DNA from: an uncultured Chloroflexia bacterium
Lineage (GTDB): Bacteria; Chloroflexota; Dehalococcoidia; GIF9; UBA5629
Direction of reading: 5' to 3'
Length of the DNA: 64,000 nucleotides
Assembly: GCA_963705905.1 (NCBI GenBank)
Contig: OY970123.1
Location: 359,762 to 423,761, forward strand
Part shown: one piece after another, positions 38,602 to 48,732 of the stretch
How the letters are laid out: every line of letters starts with the position of its first letter
Numbering within the stretch: the first letter of the stretch is position 1
The notes under the pieces: model-generated
Told to the model about the DNA's origin: nothing
Database searches by the model: none
What the model saw: only the letters and a program-made list of their open reading frames with translations
Position numbers and translations under genes: made by a program

Positions 38602-39197
38602 TCAGGCCCGAAGTCAACACCCCGCAGGAAGCGGATGCCGCCGAAGGGCAAGCCATCAATGAGCTCATTGCAGAATCCACCAGCCCCATACCCGATCCCG
38701 GAAAATGGATCGATGAGGTGGTCGACCGCAATATCTTCCTGACCACGGCAGATACAATCCTCGCCTGGGGACGCCAGCGCTCCATCTTTCCCATGCTATT
38801 TGCCACGGCCTGCTGCGGTATGGAAGTGATCTCCATGTCGGTCTCCCGCTTCGACCTTTCCCGTTTCGGCATGGACGTGGTTCGTTTCTCTCCAAGACAG
38901 GCCGACGTTATGATCATCGCCGGCACCATCACCTGGAAGATGGCCCTGGCCACGCGACTGATCTACGACCAGATGGCCGAGCCTAAGTGGGTGGTGGCTA
39001 TGGGGGCCTGCGCCATCAGCGGCGGTACCTTTCGCGAGTCTTACAGCGTCACACCCGGCGTTAATCGCATCATGCCGGTGGACGTTTATATTCCCGGTTG
39101 TCCCCCCAAGCCTGAAGCAGTGATCTTCGGCATCAACAGGCTGCACGCCAAGATCATCAAGGGGACCATGGACAACCCCATGTTATCGAAGCAATAA
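38592..39197 (+). CDS. nuoB: NADH-quinone oxidoreductase subunit B
   Basis: 201 aa with the CCGMEV and GACA..GG..PGCPP cluster-N2 motifs. It has an N-terminal extension of ~40 aa. Confidence 0.9.
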   Translation: MEIVRPEVNTPQEADAAEGQAINELIAESTSPIPDPGKWIDEVVDRNIFLTTADTILAWGRQRSIFPMLFATACCGMEVISMSVSRFDLSRFGMDVVRFSPRQADVMIIAGTITWKMALATRLIYDQMAEPKWVVAMGACAISGGTFRESYSVTPGVNRIMPVDVYIPGCPPKPEAVIFGINRLHAKIIKGTMDNPMLSKQ

Positions 39198-39218
39198 ATT
39201 AAGAACAGGTATTGTAAA

Positions 39219-39659
39219 TTGACTGTCATAACCAGCGGCGAAGAACTCGGAAAAAAGATAGCCGAAGCTATCCCCGGCTCCGTCGTCTCCAGCGATAAAA
39301 CGTCGGTCATGGTGGACAGCAAGACGCTGCTGCAGGTAGCCGAATTCCTGAAAACCACACCGGGGCTGGACTTCACCTATCTCAACTTCGCTACCGCGGT
39401 AGACTATATGGACTACTTTGAGCTTGTTTACAGGGTGCTCTCCCTGGAACACAACCACAGCCTGATATTGAAGACCCGCTGCTACGGCAGGGAAGATCCC
39501 TCCGTCCCTTCTGTCGTAGCAGTCTGGCGCGGAGCATACTTCCAGGAACGAGAGATGTTTGACATGTTCGGAATCAAGTTCGAAGGCCACCCGGATTTGA
39601 GAAGGCTGCTCACGTGGGAAGGCTTCCAGGGCTATCCTCTGCGGAGGGATTATTTATAA
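39219..39659 (+). CDS. nuoC: NADH-quinone oxidoreductase subunit C
   Basis: 146 aa with a TTG start and [19 protein letters not shown] typical of the 30-kDa subunit. Confidence 0.9.
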   Translation: MTVITSGEELGKKIAEAIPGSVVSSDKTSVMVDSKTLLQVAEFLKTTPGLDFTYLNFATAVDYMDYFELVYRVLSLEHNHSLILKTRCYGREDPSVPSVVAVWRGAYFQEREMFDMFGIKFEGHPDLRRLLTWEGFQGYPLRRDYL

Positions 39660-39660
39660 A

Positions 39661-40767
39661 ATGCCTATCAAGACAGAGCCGTTTTATCTGAATATCGGCC
39701 CGCAGCACCCGTCGACGCACGGCGTATTCCGCCTGAGGGTGCAGCTCGATGGTGAGGTCATCGTCGACGTCGAGCCGATCATCGGCTATCTCCACAGGGG
39801 CATCGAAAAGCTGGCCGAGACCCGCACCTACACGCAGGTCATCCCTCTGACCGACAGGTTGGACTACGTCGCCTCCATGACCAACAACCTGGCCTACTGT
39901 CTGGCCGTCGAAAAGCTGGCGGGCATCAAGGTCCCCGAGCGTGCGGAGTATCTGAGGGTTATCTTCTCAGAACTAATGCGGCTGGCGAACCATGCCCTGG
40001 CCATCGGCGCCTTCCTCAACGACTGCGGATGCCTTGCTACTCCCCTGATCTATATGTGGCGCGAGCGCGAAAAGATCGTCGACCTGTGCGAAATGACCTG
40101 CGGTCAGCGTCTGCTCTTCAACTACATGCGCGTGGGCGGGATGAGCCAGGACGTTCCTGAAGAGTTCATGCCGGCCCTCAAGAAATTTGTGGCCGAGATG
40201 CCCAAATTCATCGGCGAATACGAGCAGCTTATTAAACAGAATGAAGTTTTCCTGGTCCGCACCAAGGGCGTGGGTATACTGCCCAAAGAGACGGCCATCG
40301 ACATCGGCGCCAGCGGACCGGTATTGCGCGCCAGCGGCGTAAACTGGGATATCCGCAAGAAGGACCCGTATTCCGTATACGAGAGATTTGATTTCGAAGT
40401 GCCCACCGGCGAAGTCGGCGACTGCTACGACCGCTTCTGGGTGCGCATGCGGGAGATGCGTCAGAGCGTCCGCATACTCGAGCAAGCTATAGCCCAGATA
40501 CCTGAAAAAGGGCCCATCTGGGCGGATGTTCCGCAGTTCTTCAGGCCGCCGCCCGGCGAGGCTTACGGCCATATCGAGGCCCCCAAAGGTAACCTTGGAT
40601 TCTACGTGGTCGGCGATGGATCGATATCGCCTTACAGGGTGCATATCTTCCCGCCCTCTTTGATTAACGTTACAGCGCTGAAAGACATGGCCGTCGGTTG
40701 GAAAGTAGCCGACCTGATTATCATCTTTGGCAGCATCGACGTAGTACTGGGAGAGATAGACCGCTGA
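39661..40767 (+). CDS. nuoD: NADH-quinone oxidoreductase subunit D
   Basis: 368 aa with NIGPQHPSTHGV and the 49-kDa subunit C-terminus. Confidence 0.95.
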   Translation: MPIKTEPFYLNIGPQHPSTHGVFRLRVQLDGEVIVDVEPIIGYLHRGIEKLAETRTYTQVIPLTDRLDYVASMTNNLAYCLAVEKLAGIKVPERAEYLRVIFSELMRLANHALAIGAFLNDCGCLATPLIYMWREREKIVDLCEMTCGQRLLFNYMRVGGMSQDVPEEFMPALKKFVAEMPKFIGEYEQLIKQNEVFLVRTKGVGILPKETAIDIGASGPVLRASGVNWDIRKKDPYSVYERFDFEVPTGEVGDCYDRFWVRMREMRQSVRILEQAIAQIPEKGPIWADVPQFFRPPPGEAYGHIEAPKGNLGFYVVGDGSISPYRVHIFPPSLINVTALKDMAVGWKVADLIIIFGSIDVVLGEIDR

Positions 40768-41879
40768 TGACACTGCTCGACCAATTTCAAAAAATGCTCA
40801 TGAGCGCAGGGCTGCCGGACTGGGCAGCCTACCTGGTGCCCGCCCTGGTGGGTATATTATTGATCATCGCCGTCTCTTTAACCCTGGTGATATTATTCAT
40901 CTGGTGGGAGCGCAGGCTGTTGGGACGCTTCCAGCTCCGCCTGGGACCCAACCGCTGCGGCCCGGAAGGGCTCTTGCAGCCGGTGGCAACCGGCCTCAAG
41001 CTTCTGCTGAAGGAAGACATCGTCCCGGCCAAGGCCGATAAAATCCTGCATTTCCTGGCGCCCATCGTGGTTTTCGTCCCCGTGCTCATGATCTTCGCCG
41101 TCGTTCCCGTCAGCGATGGGGCGATTTTAGCCAATTTGAACGTCGGTATTGTTTACGTGGTGGCCATCAGCTCCATCTCGACCATCGGTATCTTCATGGC
41201 GGCCTGGGGGTCGAGCAACAAGTTCGCCCTGATCTCGGGCATGCGCACCGTCGCCCAGATGGTGAGCTATGAGTTGCCGGTGGTTCTTTCCATCGTCGGC
41301 GTGGCGCTGGTAACAGGCTCGTTCTCCATGCTCAGCATTGTGCAGGCGCAGAGCATCCCCTTCATACTGGTGATGCCGCTGGGAGGCGTCATTTTCTTCC
41401 TGGGCTGCCTGGCCGAGATGAACCGCTCGCCCTTCGACCTGTTGGAAGCCGATTCGGAAATAGTAGCCGGATACCATACCGAGTACTCCGGCATGAAATT
41501 TGCCATGTTCTTCATGGGTGAATACGGCGTGGCCCTGGCCTACTCCACCGTTATAACTACGCTCTTCCTGGGCGGCTGGAGCGGTCCCTTGCTGCCGCCC
41601 GTTATCTGGTTCCTGATCAAAGTCGTGCTGGTCTTCAGCGTTACCGTCTGGATGCGAGCCACGCTGCCCAGGCTGCGCGTGGACCAGCTCATGGGCTTCG
41701 CCTGGAAGGGCCTGCTGCCCATGGCCGTGATCAACCTGGTCATAATTGCCATTGAAGTCCTGGTGGTGCCGGCATCCATGCTGTGGGTGATGGTCATCCT
41801 CAATTTCATCTTTGCGGCTGTCTTGGTCCTGCTCTGGTCCCGACTCTCTAAACTGGGAGGTGGCAGGGTTGAAGTTTGA
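40767..41879 (+). CDS. nuoH: NADH-quinone oxidoreductase subunit H
   Basis: Start at MTLLDQFQ (ATG overlapping the nuoD TGA as TGATG). Polytopic, with an E..AGYHTEYSGMKFA motif. Confidence 0.9.
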   Translation: MTLLDQFQKMLMSAGLPDWAAYLVPALVGILLIIAVSLTLVILFIWWERRLLGRFQLRLGPNRCGPEGLLQPVATGLKLLLKEDIVPAKADKILHFLAPIVVFVPVLMIFAVVPVSDGAILANLNVGIVYVVAISSISTIGIFMAAWGSSNKFALISGMRTVAQMVSYELPVVLSIVGVALVTGSFSMLSIVQAQSIPFILVMPLGGVIFFLGCLAEMNRSPFDLLEADSEIVAGYHTEYSGMKFAMFFMGEYGVALAYSTVITTLFLGGWSGPLLPPVIWFLIKVVLVFSVTVWMRATLPRLRVDQLMGFAWKGLLPMAVINLVIIAIEVLVVPASMLWVMVILNFIFAAVLVLLWSRLSKLGGGRVEV

Positions 41880-41906
41880 GCGCTTCGGCTAGGGATTGCC
41901 AAGGGC

Positions 41907-42413
41907 ATGGCGCTGACCCTGAAACACCTTTTCAGGCCGCCGCTTACCGTGCAATATCCCAATGAGAAGCTGGTTGTGTCGAAAAGGATCCGCGGCAACG
42001 AGCTGGTCTGGTTCCCGGACAGGTGCACGGGCTGCGGCACCTGCACCAAGGCCTGCCTACAGGGCAATATCATACTGGTCACTCACCGTGGCGAGGAGAA
42101 TAAATTCATCGTCGATAAATTCGAGCTCGATTCGGGCCGCTGCATCTTCTGCGGCCTATGCGTGGAGTCCTGTCCCTACGACGCGCTGGCCATGGGACTG
42201 GAATATGAATGCGCCAAGTACCGCAGGGGCGATACTATTTTAAGCAAGGAGAAGCTGAAGCTGAGCGATAAGCATCAGCCCAGCGCCTATTACCGCCCGC
42301 AGTTCGCTGCCAAATTGCCCGAACAGAGCCTGCTTATCTACGATAGGAAAGAGGGCGGGCAGAAATTGACGCTATTCCCGCTGAGCAAACGCAAGAGGGG
42401 GCCCGGTGCTTGA
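41907..42413 (+). CDS. nuoI: NADH-quinone oxidoreductase subunit I
   Basis: 168 aa with two CxxCxxCxxxCP motifs (CTGCGTCTKAC, CIFCGLCVESCP). Confidence 0.9.
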   Translation: MALTLKHLFRPPLTVQYPNEKLVVSKRIRGNELVWFPDRCTGCGTCTKACLQGNIILVTHRGEENKFIVDKFELDSGRCIFCGLCVESCPYDALAMGLEYECAKYRRGDTILSKEKLKLSDKHQPSAYYRPQFAAKLPEQSLLIYDRKEGGQKLTLFPLSKRKRGPGA

Positions 42414-42888
42414 TTTGATTTTCTACCTGCTGGCCGTTATCGCTCTGGCGGCGTCCGCCGGCGTGATCGTAGTGCGCGACATTTTCCGCGCCGCCTTATG
42501 CCTGATCGTGCTGTTTATGTCGGTGGCAGGGTTCTTCCTGCTGCTGCAGGCCGACTTCCTGGCCATCGTTCAGGTGCTCATTTACGTCGGCGCCATCTCC
42601 ATCTTGATTATCGTGGCCGTCATGCTTACCCGTGATGCCAGGCAGGGCCTGCCGCTGGACAATTACAAGTACTGGGCGGGCGCCGTCGGCCTGCTTCTTT
42701 TCATAACGGTGGCCTACGGCATTCTGAATACCAATTTTGTGCTGCCGGCCAGCGCCCCCCTGGAGCAGACCATCCAGCCCATAGGTCAGATGTTATTCGC
42801 CAAAGGCTATGTTTTACCGGTCGAGATAGCCGCCGTGCTCCTGCTTTCGGCCATACTGGGAGCGATTGCAGTATTGAGGGATAAATAA
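42406..42888 (+). CDS. nuoJ: NADH-quinone oxidoreductase subunit J
   Basis: 160 aa, GTG start, hydrophobic, in the operon position. Confidence 0.85.
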   Translation: MLDLIFYLLAVIALAASAGVIVVRDIFRAALCLIVLFMSVAGFFLLLQADFLAIVQVLIYVGAISILIIVAVMLTRDARQGLPLDNYKYWAGAVGLLLFITVAYGILNTNFVLPASAPLEQTIQPIGQMLFAKGYVLPVEIAAVLLLSAILGAIAVLRDK

Positions 42889-43202
42889 TGTTTGCAGTAG
42901 GACTTGACCATTACCTTATTTTATCCGCCGCCCTGTTCTGCATAGGCCTGGTGGGCGTGATCACCCAGAGGAATGTAATCAAGGTGGTCATGAGCCTGGA
43001 GATCATGCTCAATGCCGTCAACATCACGCTGATCGCCTTCTCCCGGTATATAACTCCCACGGCACTGGAAGGCCAGATATTCGCCATCTTCGTCATGGTC
43101 GTGGCCGCCGCCGAGGTTGCAGTCGGCATAGCCATCATCTTCTCGATCTACCGCAGCCGCGAAAGCGTCGACATGGAAAACTTCAACCTTTTGAAATGGT
43201 AA
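42888..43202 (+). CDS. nuoK: NADH-quinone oxidoreductase subunit K
   Basis: 104 aa, 3 TM. The start overlaps the nuoJ stop (TAATG). Confidence 0.9.
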   Translation: MFAVGLDHYLILSAALFCIGLVGVITQRNVIKVVMSLEIMLNAVNITLIAFSRYITPTALEGQIFAIFVMVVAAAEVAVGIAIIFSIYRSRESVDMENFNLLKW

Positions 43203-43206
43203 TGCT

Positions 43207-43401
43207 ATGTGGGTACAGATAAAGAGCGCGCCTAACTTAATGATCGCAGAAATGTGGAAGGAATTCTTCGAAGGCGAAGGCATCCCCACCCGGATACTTC
43301 CCGATTCCGAGAAGCTGGAAGTAAGTGAAAAAGTCCCCTATAAAATTTATGTCTCTCAGGAGAGGGTACACGTCGTAGAGGAGGTCCTGAGGAAACTATA
43401 A
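43207..43401 (+). CDS. Small DUF2007-like (putative signal-transducing, PII-like fold) protein inserted between nuoK and nuoL
   Basis: 64 aa, MWVQIKSAPNLMIAEMWKEFFEGEGIPTRI...YKIYVSQERVHVVEEVLRKL. Its TAA overlaps the nuoL ATG (TAATG). Confidence 0.6.
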   Translation: MWVQIKSAPNLMIAEMWKEFFEGEGIPTRILPDSEKLEVSEKVPYKIYVSQERVHVVEEVLRKL

Positions 43402-45322
43402 TGCCTAACATAGTGCCCTGGCTGATTTTCTTACTGCCGTTCGCATCGTTCCTGCTGATCGGCCTTATCCTGCGGCCGTTCCTCAACAAATGGCCCAAGG
43501 TCGCCGGCTACGTGACCATCGGCGCCGTCGGCCTCTCCTGCGCGCTGGCCTTCTGGGTGCTGTTTGCAGTCATGGGCGCACCGGAACACAAGCTGCATGG
43601 TGGACGATATCCAGTGGGCCGTGATCGGCAGCCTCAACATACATATCGGCGTGCTGGTAGACGCCCTCACGGCGGTCATGGTGGTGGTCGTAACCTTCGT
43701 CAGCCTCATGGTCCAGATATACTCCCAGGGCTATATGAAGGGCGATCCCGGTTACCCCCGCTACTACGCCTTCATGTCCCTCTTCACCGCCTGCATGCTG
43801 GGACTGGTGCTGGCCAACAATATTTTATTCATGTTCGTATTCTGGGAAGGGGTCGGACTCGGCTCCTACCTTTTGATCGGCTTCTGGTTTCATAAACCGT
43901 CCGCTGCCAACGCCGCCAAGAAGGCTTTCATCGTGACCCGTGCGGGCGACTTCGGCTTCCTGGCCGCCATCCTTCTTTTATATGCGCAGACCGGCACCTT
44001 CGACACCCAGACGCTTTATAACCTGGTCGCCACCGGCGCGCTGGCCGGGTCGGTCCTGACCTGGGTAGCGATCGGCATTTTCGCCGGCGCCGCAGGCAAA
44101 TCGGCACAGTTCCCGCTGCACGTCTGGCTGCCGGATGCCATGGAAGGCCCCACCCCCGTCAGCTCCCTGATCCATGCCGCCACCATGGTAGCGGCCGGCG
44201 TCTTCCTGGTAGCGAGGTTCTACCCGCTCTTCCAGCATTCCGCCGAAGCCATGACCACCGTAGCGGTCATCGGCGCCTTCACGGCCATCTTCGCCGCCAG
44301 CATGGGACTGGTCATGAACGACATCAAGCGCGTGCTGGCCTACTCCACCATCAGCCAGCTCGGCTACATGATGCTGGGCCTGGGCGTGGGCAGCGTAGCC
44401 ATCGGCATCTTCCACCTCTTCACGCATGCCTTCTTCAAGTGCCTGCTCTTCCTCGGCTCGGGCAGCGTCAACCACGGGACGGGCACATTCGACATGAGAT
44501 TGATGGGCGGCCTGCGCAAGGTCATGCCCTGGACCTATGCCACCTTCGTCATCGGCTCGCTCAGCCTGGCCGGCATCTGGCCTCTGGCTGGATTCTGGAG
44601 CAAGGACCAGATACTGGTGGCGGCTTTAACCAATAACCCGGTGCTCTTCACACTGGCCATCGTGACCGTCTTCATGACGGCTTTCTATATGTTCCGCGCC
44701 GTATTCATGACCTTCCACGGCGAATATAAAGGCGGCGCGATACCGGAGCACGGCGGACACGACGAGCCTTCACACGGCCCGCACGAGTCCCCCGCCGTCA
44801 TGGTTGCGCCCATGGTCGTATTGGCCGTCACTGGCTATCTGCGCCGGATGGTTCAACGTGACAGGCGGCTTCAGCCAGTTGATGGGCAGCGAGGCCGAAG
44901 AGACCAATGTCATAGCCTCCTTACTGGGCGTTTTCATGCATCCGCTGCCGCTCATTTCCCTGATAGTGGCCCTGCTGGGCATCTTCCTGGCCTACGCCAT
45001 GTACCTCAAGAAGTGGATCTCCCCCGAGAAGATCGGCAATGCCGTCAAGCCTATTTACACGCTGCTTTACCGTAAGTACTTCATGGACGAGCTTTACGAG
45101 AACGTCTTCGTCAAGACGATTTTATATAACGGCATTTTCAAGCTCATGGCCATCTTCGATTACAGCGATAGTGGACGGTACTGTCAACGGCGTGGCGAAC
45201 CGGGTACGGCCGGCGCAGGCGGGGTCCTGCGCAAGATACAGAACGGCCAGACCCAGCTATATGTGATCTCAATTGCCATCGGCGCCATCGCCATAGCGGT
45301 ATGCGTGTATTTATTCCATTGA
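43401..45322 (+). pseudogene. nuoL: NADH-quinone oxidoreductase subunit L, reading frame broken four times (or assembly errors)
   Basis: The NuoL homology runs through three track ORFs in different frames (43401.., 43564.., 44804..) plus a short excursion into the frame of ORF 45039... Apparent 1-nt insertions lie near 43599, 44830 and 45167, and a 1-nt deletion near 45209. The conserved IVDGTVNGVANRV is out of frame with its flanks. Confidence 0.8.
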
Positions 45323-45327
45323 GGTAA

Positions 45328-46822
45328 ATGGTTTTGAATCTTAATTTGTTGAGCTGGATCATTTTTCTGCCGGTCATCGGCATAATTGTGATCGCCATTC
45401 TGCCGAAGCCGGGCCAGAAGACCGTTAAATGGATAGCGCTGGTCTGTCGCCCTGGCCTCCTTCCTCATATCCATCGCCATGTTCTGGATGTTCGACAGGT
45501 CGGGCTCGGCCATCGGCCACATGCAGTTCGAAGAGAAGATAGCCTGGATACCGGCCATCAATGCCTACTACCACCTGGGCGTGGACGGCTTGAGCCTGCC
45601 GCTGGTCATATTGATGACCTTCTTGGGCGTCATCTCCGTTCTGGTCTCGTGGAAAATCCAGCTCAGGCCGAAAGAGTACTTCATCTGGATACTGCTGCTG
45701 GAAAGCAGCATCCTGGGCGTCTTCTGCTCGCTGGACCTCATCCTCTTCTTCCTCTTCTGGGAGCTGGAGCTGATCCCCATGTACTTCCTCATCTCCATCT
45801 GGGGCAGCGGGCGCAAAGAGTATGCCGCTAATAAATACCTTATATATACGCTGGTCGGCAGCTCGTTCATGCTGGCCGGCATCCTCAGCACCTATTTTAT
45901 TACGCACACCTTCGACCTTACCGCCCTGGCCGGCATCTCCATAACATCGTCCTTCATACCGCTGACTGTATTGTTCTTCCTGCTGATCGTGGGCTTCGCC
46001 ATTAAACTGCCGGTCTTCCCGCTGCACACCTGGCTGCCGGACGCCCATACCAACGCCCCCACCGCCGCCAGCGTCATACTGGCCGGAGCGCTGCTGAAAA
46101 TGGGCGGCTACGGCATGATCCGCCTGTGCGTCAGCATGCTGCCACAGGTAGCCGTTCTATATGCTCCCATTATGTGCACCCTGGCTGTCATCGGTGTCGT
46201 TTACGGCGCGGCGGTAACCATGCGTCAGACCGACCTCAAGCGGCTGATCGCCTACAGCAGCGTCAGCCATATGGGCTACGTGCTGCTGGGCATCTTCGCC
46301 CTCAACCAGGTCAGCCTGGCCGGCGCCAGCCTTCAGATGTTCAGCCACGGCGTGATCACGGGACTGCTCTTCGCCATGGTCGGCCTGGTCTACGACAAGA
46401 CCCATACACGCGACCTCAATAACCTGAGCGGCCTGGCCCGCCAGATGCCTATTATCGTGGTGGTCTTCAGCATCGCCGGTCTGGCTTCGCTGGGCCTGCC
46501 CGGCACGGTGGGATTCATCGCAGAGTTCATAACCTTCGCCGGCAGCTTTGCCAGCGTGACCATTGCCGGGATGAAGATTTTTACCCTGATCGCCGTAACT
46601 GGCGTCGTCGTCACTGCGGGCTACATGCTCTGGATGCTGCAGCGTGTTTTCTACGGCTATCCCCTGGACAAGTATAACGGCGTGCCAGATGCCGATGCCG
46701 TCGAGATGATCAGCACCTTCTCGCTGGTGGCCGTGATCATGGCGGTCGGCATTTACCCGGCCGTACTGACCAATGTAATTAATATGGGCGTGGCGCCCAT
46801 TGCCAAGCTGATTGGAATGTAA
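45328..46822 (+). pseudogene. nuoM: NADH-quinone oxidoreductase subunit M with one frameshift near 45445 (or assembly error)
   Basis: The N-terminus MVLNLNLLSWIIFLPVIG..KWIALV (frame of 45328) continues as VALASFLISIAMFWMF.. in the frame of ORF 45479... An extra T sits in GTC-T-GTC. Confidence 0.8.
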
Positions 46823-46850
46823 CATATGATGAGCTGGACGGTTTAGATAA

Positions 46851-48317
46851 ATGTTGATTGATCAGATGAAATATATTGCGCCGGAGATAAGCCTCCTGTG
46901 TACCGCCCTGCTTATCGTCATCGTCGATCTTTTCGTCAACCGCAAAGGCGTACTACCCATACTGGCCGTCATCGGGGCATTGGTCTCGGCGGCCTTCACC
47001 CTGGGGATGTGGGGCAGCACAAGTACGGACGCCTTCAGCCGCATGATAGCCATCGACCAGTTCGGCCTCTTCTTCAAGCTGCTCATACTGGCTGCGGTCG
47101 TGCTGGTGGTGCTGGCCTCCAACAAATACGTCTTGAAGTTCGCCAGGTTCCAGGGCGAGTATTATGCCGTCCTGCTTTTGTCATCCATTGGCTTGATGCT
47201 GCTGGTCTCGTCCATCAACCTCATTACCATTTTCGTTTCGCTGGAGCTCAGCAGCATTTCGCTTTACGCGCTGGTCAGCTTTCTCAAGGACAAGACCTCC
47301 AGCGAGGCCGGGCTGAAATATCTCATCCTGGGCGCCGTGGCTTCTGCCATACTGCTTTACGGCATGGCGCTGACCTTCGGACTGACGGGATATACCGGCC
47401 TGACCGCCATCGCCGACTATTTCAAGAGCCTGCCTGTGGGCGGGGTCTCCTCTCCTCTCCTCTTCACCGGCCTGGTGCTGATCATTGCCGGGTTCGGCTT
47501 CAAGATCGCCAGCGTGCCCTTCCAGATGTGGGTGCCTGATGTTTATGAAGGGGCCCCCACGCCGATTACCGCCTACCTGTCGGTGGCCAGCAAGGCAGCC
47601 GGTTTTGCGGTCATTGCCCGCATACTTATGACGGCCTTCGGACAGCCGGACTGGCTGCACACCGAGTGGGCCATTATTATCGCAGTGCTGGCGGCGCTCA
47701 CCATGACCGTCGGTAACGTGACGGCGCTGGTGCAGACCAATATCAAACGGCTCTTCGGGTATTCCAGCATAGCCCAGGCGGGCTACCTCATGGTGGGCCT
47801 GGCGGCCATGGGCATGGCGATGCAGGGCAACGCCGATATCCGCAGCGGCATTATCTTCTTCCTCTTCAGCTACGTGCTGACCAACCTGGGCGCTTTCATT
47901 GCCATCATAGCTATCTCCAATAAGATCGACAGCGACAACATCCAGGACTATTCAGGCATGGGCAAACGCTCGCCGCTGCTGGCGGCAGGGCTGACCATCT
48001 GCCTGGTATCCCTGACCGGCCTGCCACCGACGGCGGGACTGATCGCCAAGATCTATATCTTCAACGGTGCTGTCAACCAGGGCCTGCTGTGGCTGGTGGT
48101 CATCGCGGTCATTAATAGTGTTATCTCCGCCTTCTACTATTTCAGGGTGGTCAAGGTCATGTGGATGGGCGAGCCTGCCTCTCAGGATAAAGTGGGCGCT
48201 TCGTGGCCGGAATGGCTGGCGCTGGCGGTATGCTGCCTGATGGTAGTTATCATCGGCGTGGTGCCCGGCGCCTTCGTAGGCCTTACCCAGGCCGCAGTCG
48301 GCATTTTCGGGATCTAA
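46851..48317 (+). CDS. nuoN: NADH-quinone oxidoreductase subunit N
   Basis: 488 aa, intact and polytopic, with a typical FKIASVPFQMWVPDVYEGAPTP motif. Confidence 0.9.
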   Translation: MLIDQMKYIAPEISLLCTALLIVIVDLFVNRKGVLPILAVIGALVSAAFTLGMWGSTSTDAFSRMIAIDQFGLFFKLLILAAVVLVVLASNKYVLKFARFQGEYYAVLLLSSIGLMLLVSSINLITIFVSLELSSISLYALVSFLKDKTSSEAGLKYLILGAVASAILLYGMALTFGLTGYTGLTAIADYFKSLPVGGVSSPLLFTGLVLIIAGFGFKIASVPFQMWVPDVYEGAPTPITAYLSVASKAAGFAVIARILMTAFGQPDWLHTEWAIIIAVLAALTMTVGNVTALVQTNIKRLFGYSSIAQAGYLMVGLAAMGMAMQGNADIRSGIIFFLFSYVLTNLGAFIAIIAISNKIDSDNIQDYSGMGKRSPLLAAGLTICLVSLTGLPPTAGLIAKIYIFNGAVNQGLLWLVVIAVINSVISAFYYFRVVKVMWMGEPASQDKVGASWPEWLALAVCCLMVVIIGVVPGAFVGLTQAAVGIFGI

Positions 48318-48318
48318 A

Positions 48319-48341
48319 CCTTGCCCCTTATGGGGCAGAGG
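48319..48341 (+). terminator. Stem-loop directly after the nuoN stop
   Basis: CCTTGCCCC-TTAT-GGGGCAGAGG forms a 9-bp stem with one G-U. No T-run follows, so terminator function is uncertain. Confidence 0.3.
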
Positions 48342-48476
48342 AAACTCTAAACACTAAACCCGAAATCCTAAACAAATTCTAAAATCCAAATTCCAAAGGC
48401 TTTTTCGTTCCAATCCTTTGAGCTTTGTATTTTGATATTGTTTAGAGCTTAGAATTTAGGTTTTTGAATTTATCCA
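48342..48476. other. AT-rich low-complexity tract with CTAAAC-type short repeats and an imperfect long inverted repeat
   Basis: CTCTAAAC, ACTAAAC, CCTAAAC and TCTAAAA occur on one arm, and TTTAGAG and TTAGAATTTAGG on the other. They flank CCAAAGG...CCTTTGA. Base composition drops sharply relative to the flanks. Confidence 0.5.
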
Positions 48477-48662
48477 TGTAGGGGCGTACCTTCAGGTGCG
48501 CCCGGCGTTTATAACCACGTCATTGCGAGGAGCCCGCAGGCGACGTGGCAATCCTTTGTTCGAAGGTTTCAAGCTTCTCGTTTATTCTGTAGGTGCGTAC
48601 CTTTCCCGATATAATCGGGACGTCCACGTATTTTCGGACGGGTCTAAAGACCCGTCCCTACA
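48477..48662. repeat. Repeat cluster 1 (families A and B)
   Basis: Short B' hairpin at 48477-48503 (TGTAGGGGCGTACCTTCAGGTGCGCCC). Family A forward at 48519-48554, with its tail hairpin running to 48566. Full B element at 48587-48662. Confidence 0.9.
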
Positions 48663-48732
48663 TTTATTAATATGTCATTGTGATAAAATTGTCGCATAGC
48701 GGAACTAGCAGGGTTAGAAGGAGGTTGTTGCA

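Noticed and set aside
43590-45215. Programmed ribosomal frameshifting in nuoL/nuoM.
   Set aside because: There are no slippery heptamers or stimulatory structures at the shift sites, and five independent shifts of both signs would be needed. Sequence error or pseudogenisation is far more plausible.
48587-48662. The 76-nt family B element as a tRNA or tRNA-like gene (right size, closing stem).
   Set aside because: It folds into two hairpins rather than a cloverleaf. It has no T-loop (GTTCRANNC) or D-loop signature, and it is present in multiple near-identical intergenic copies.
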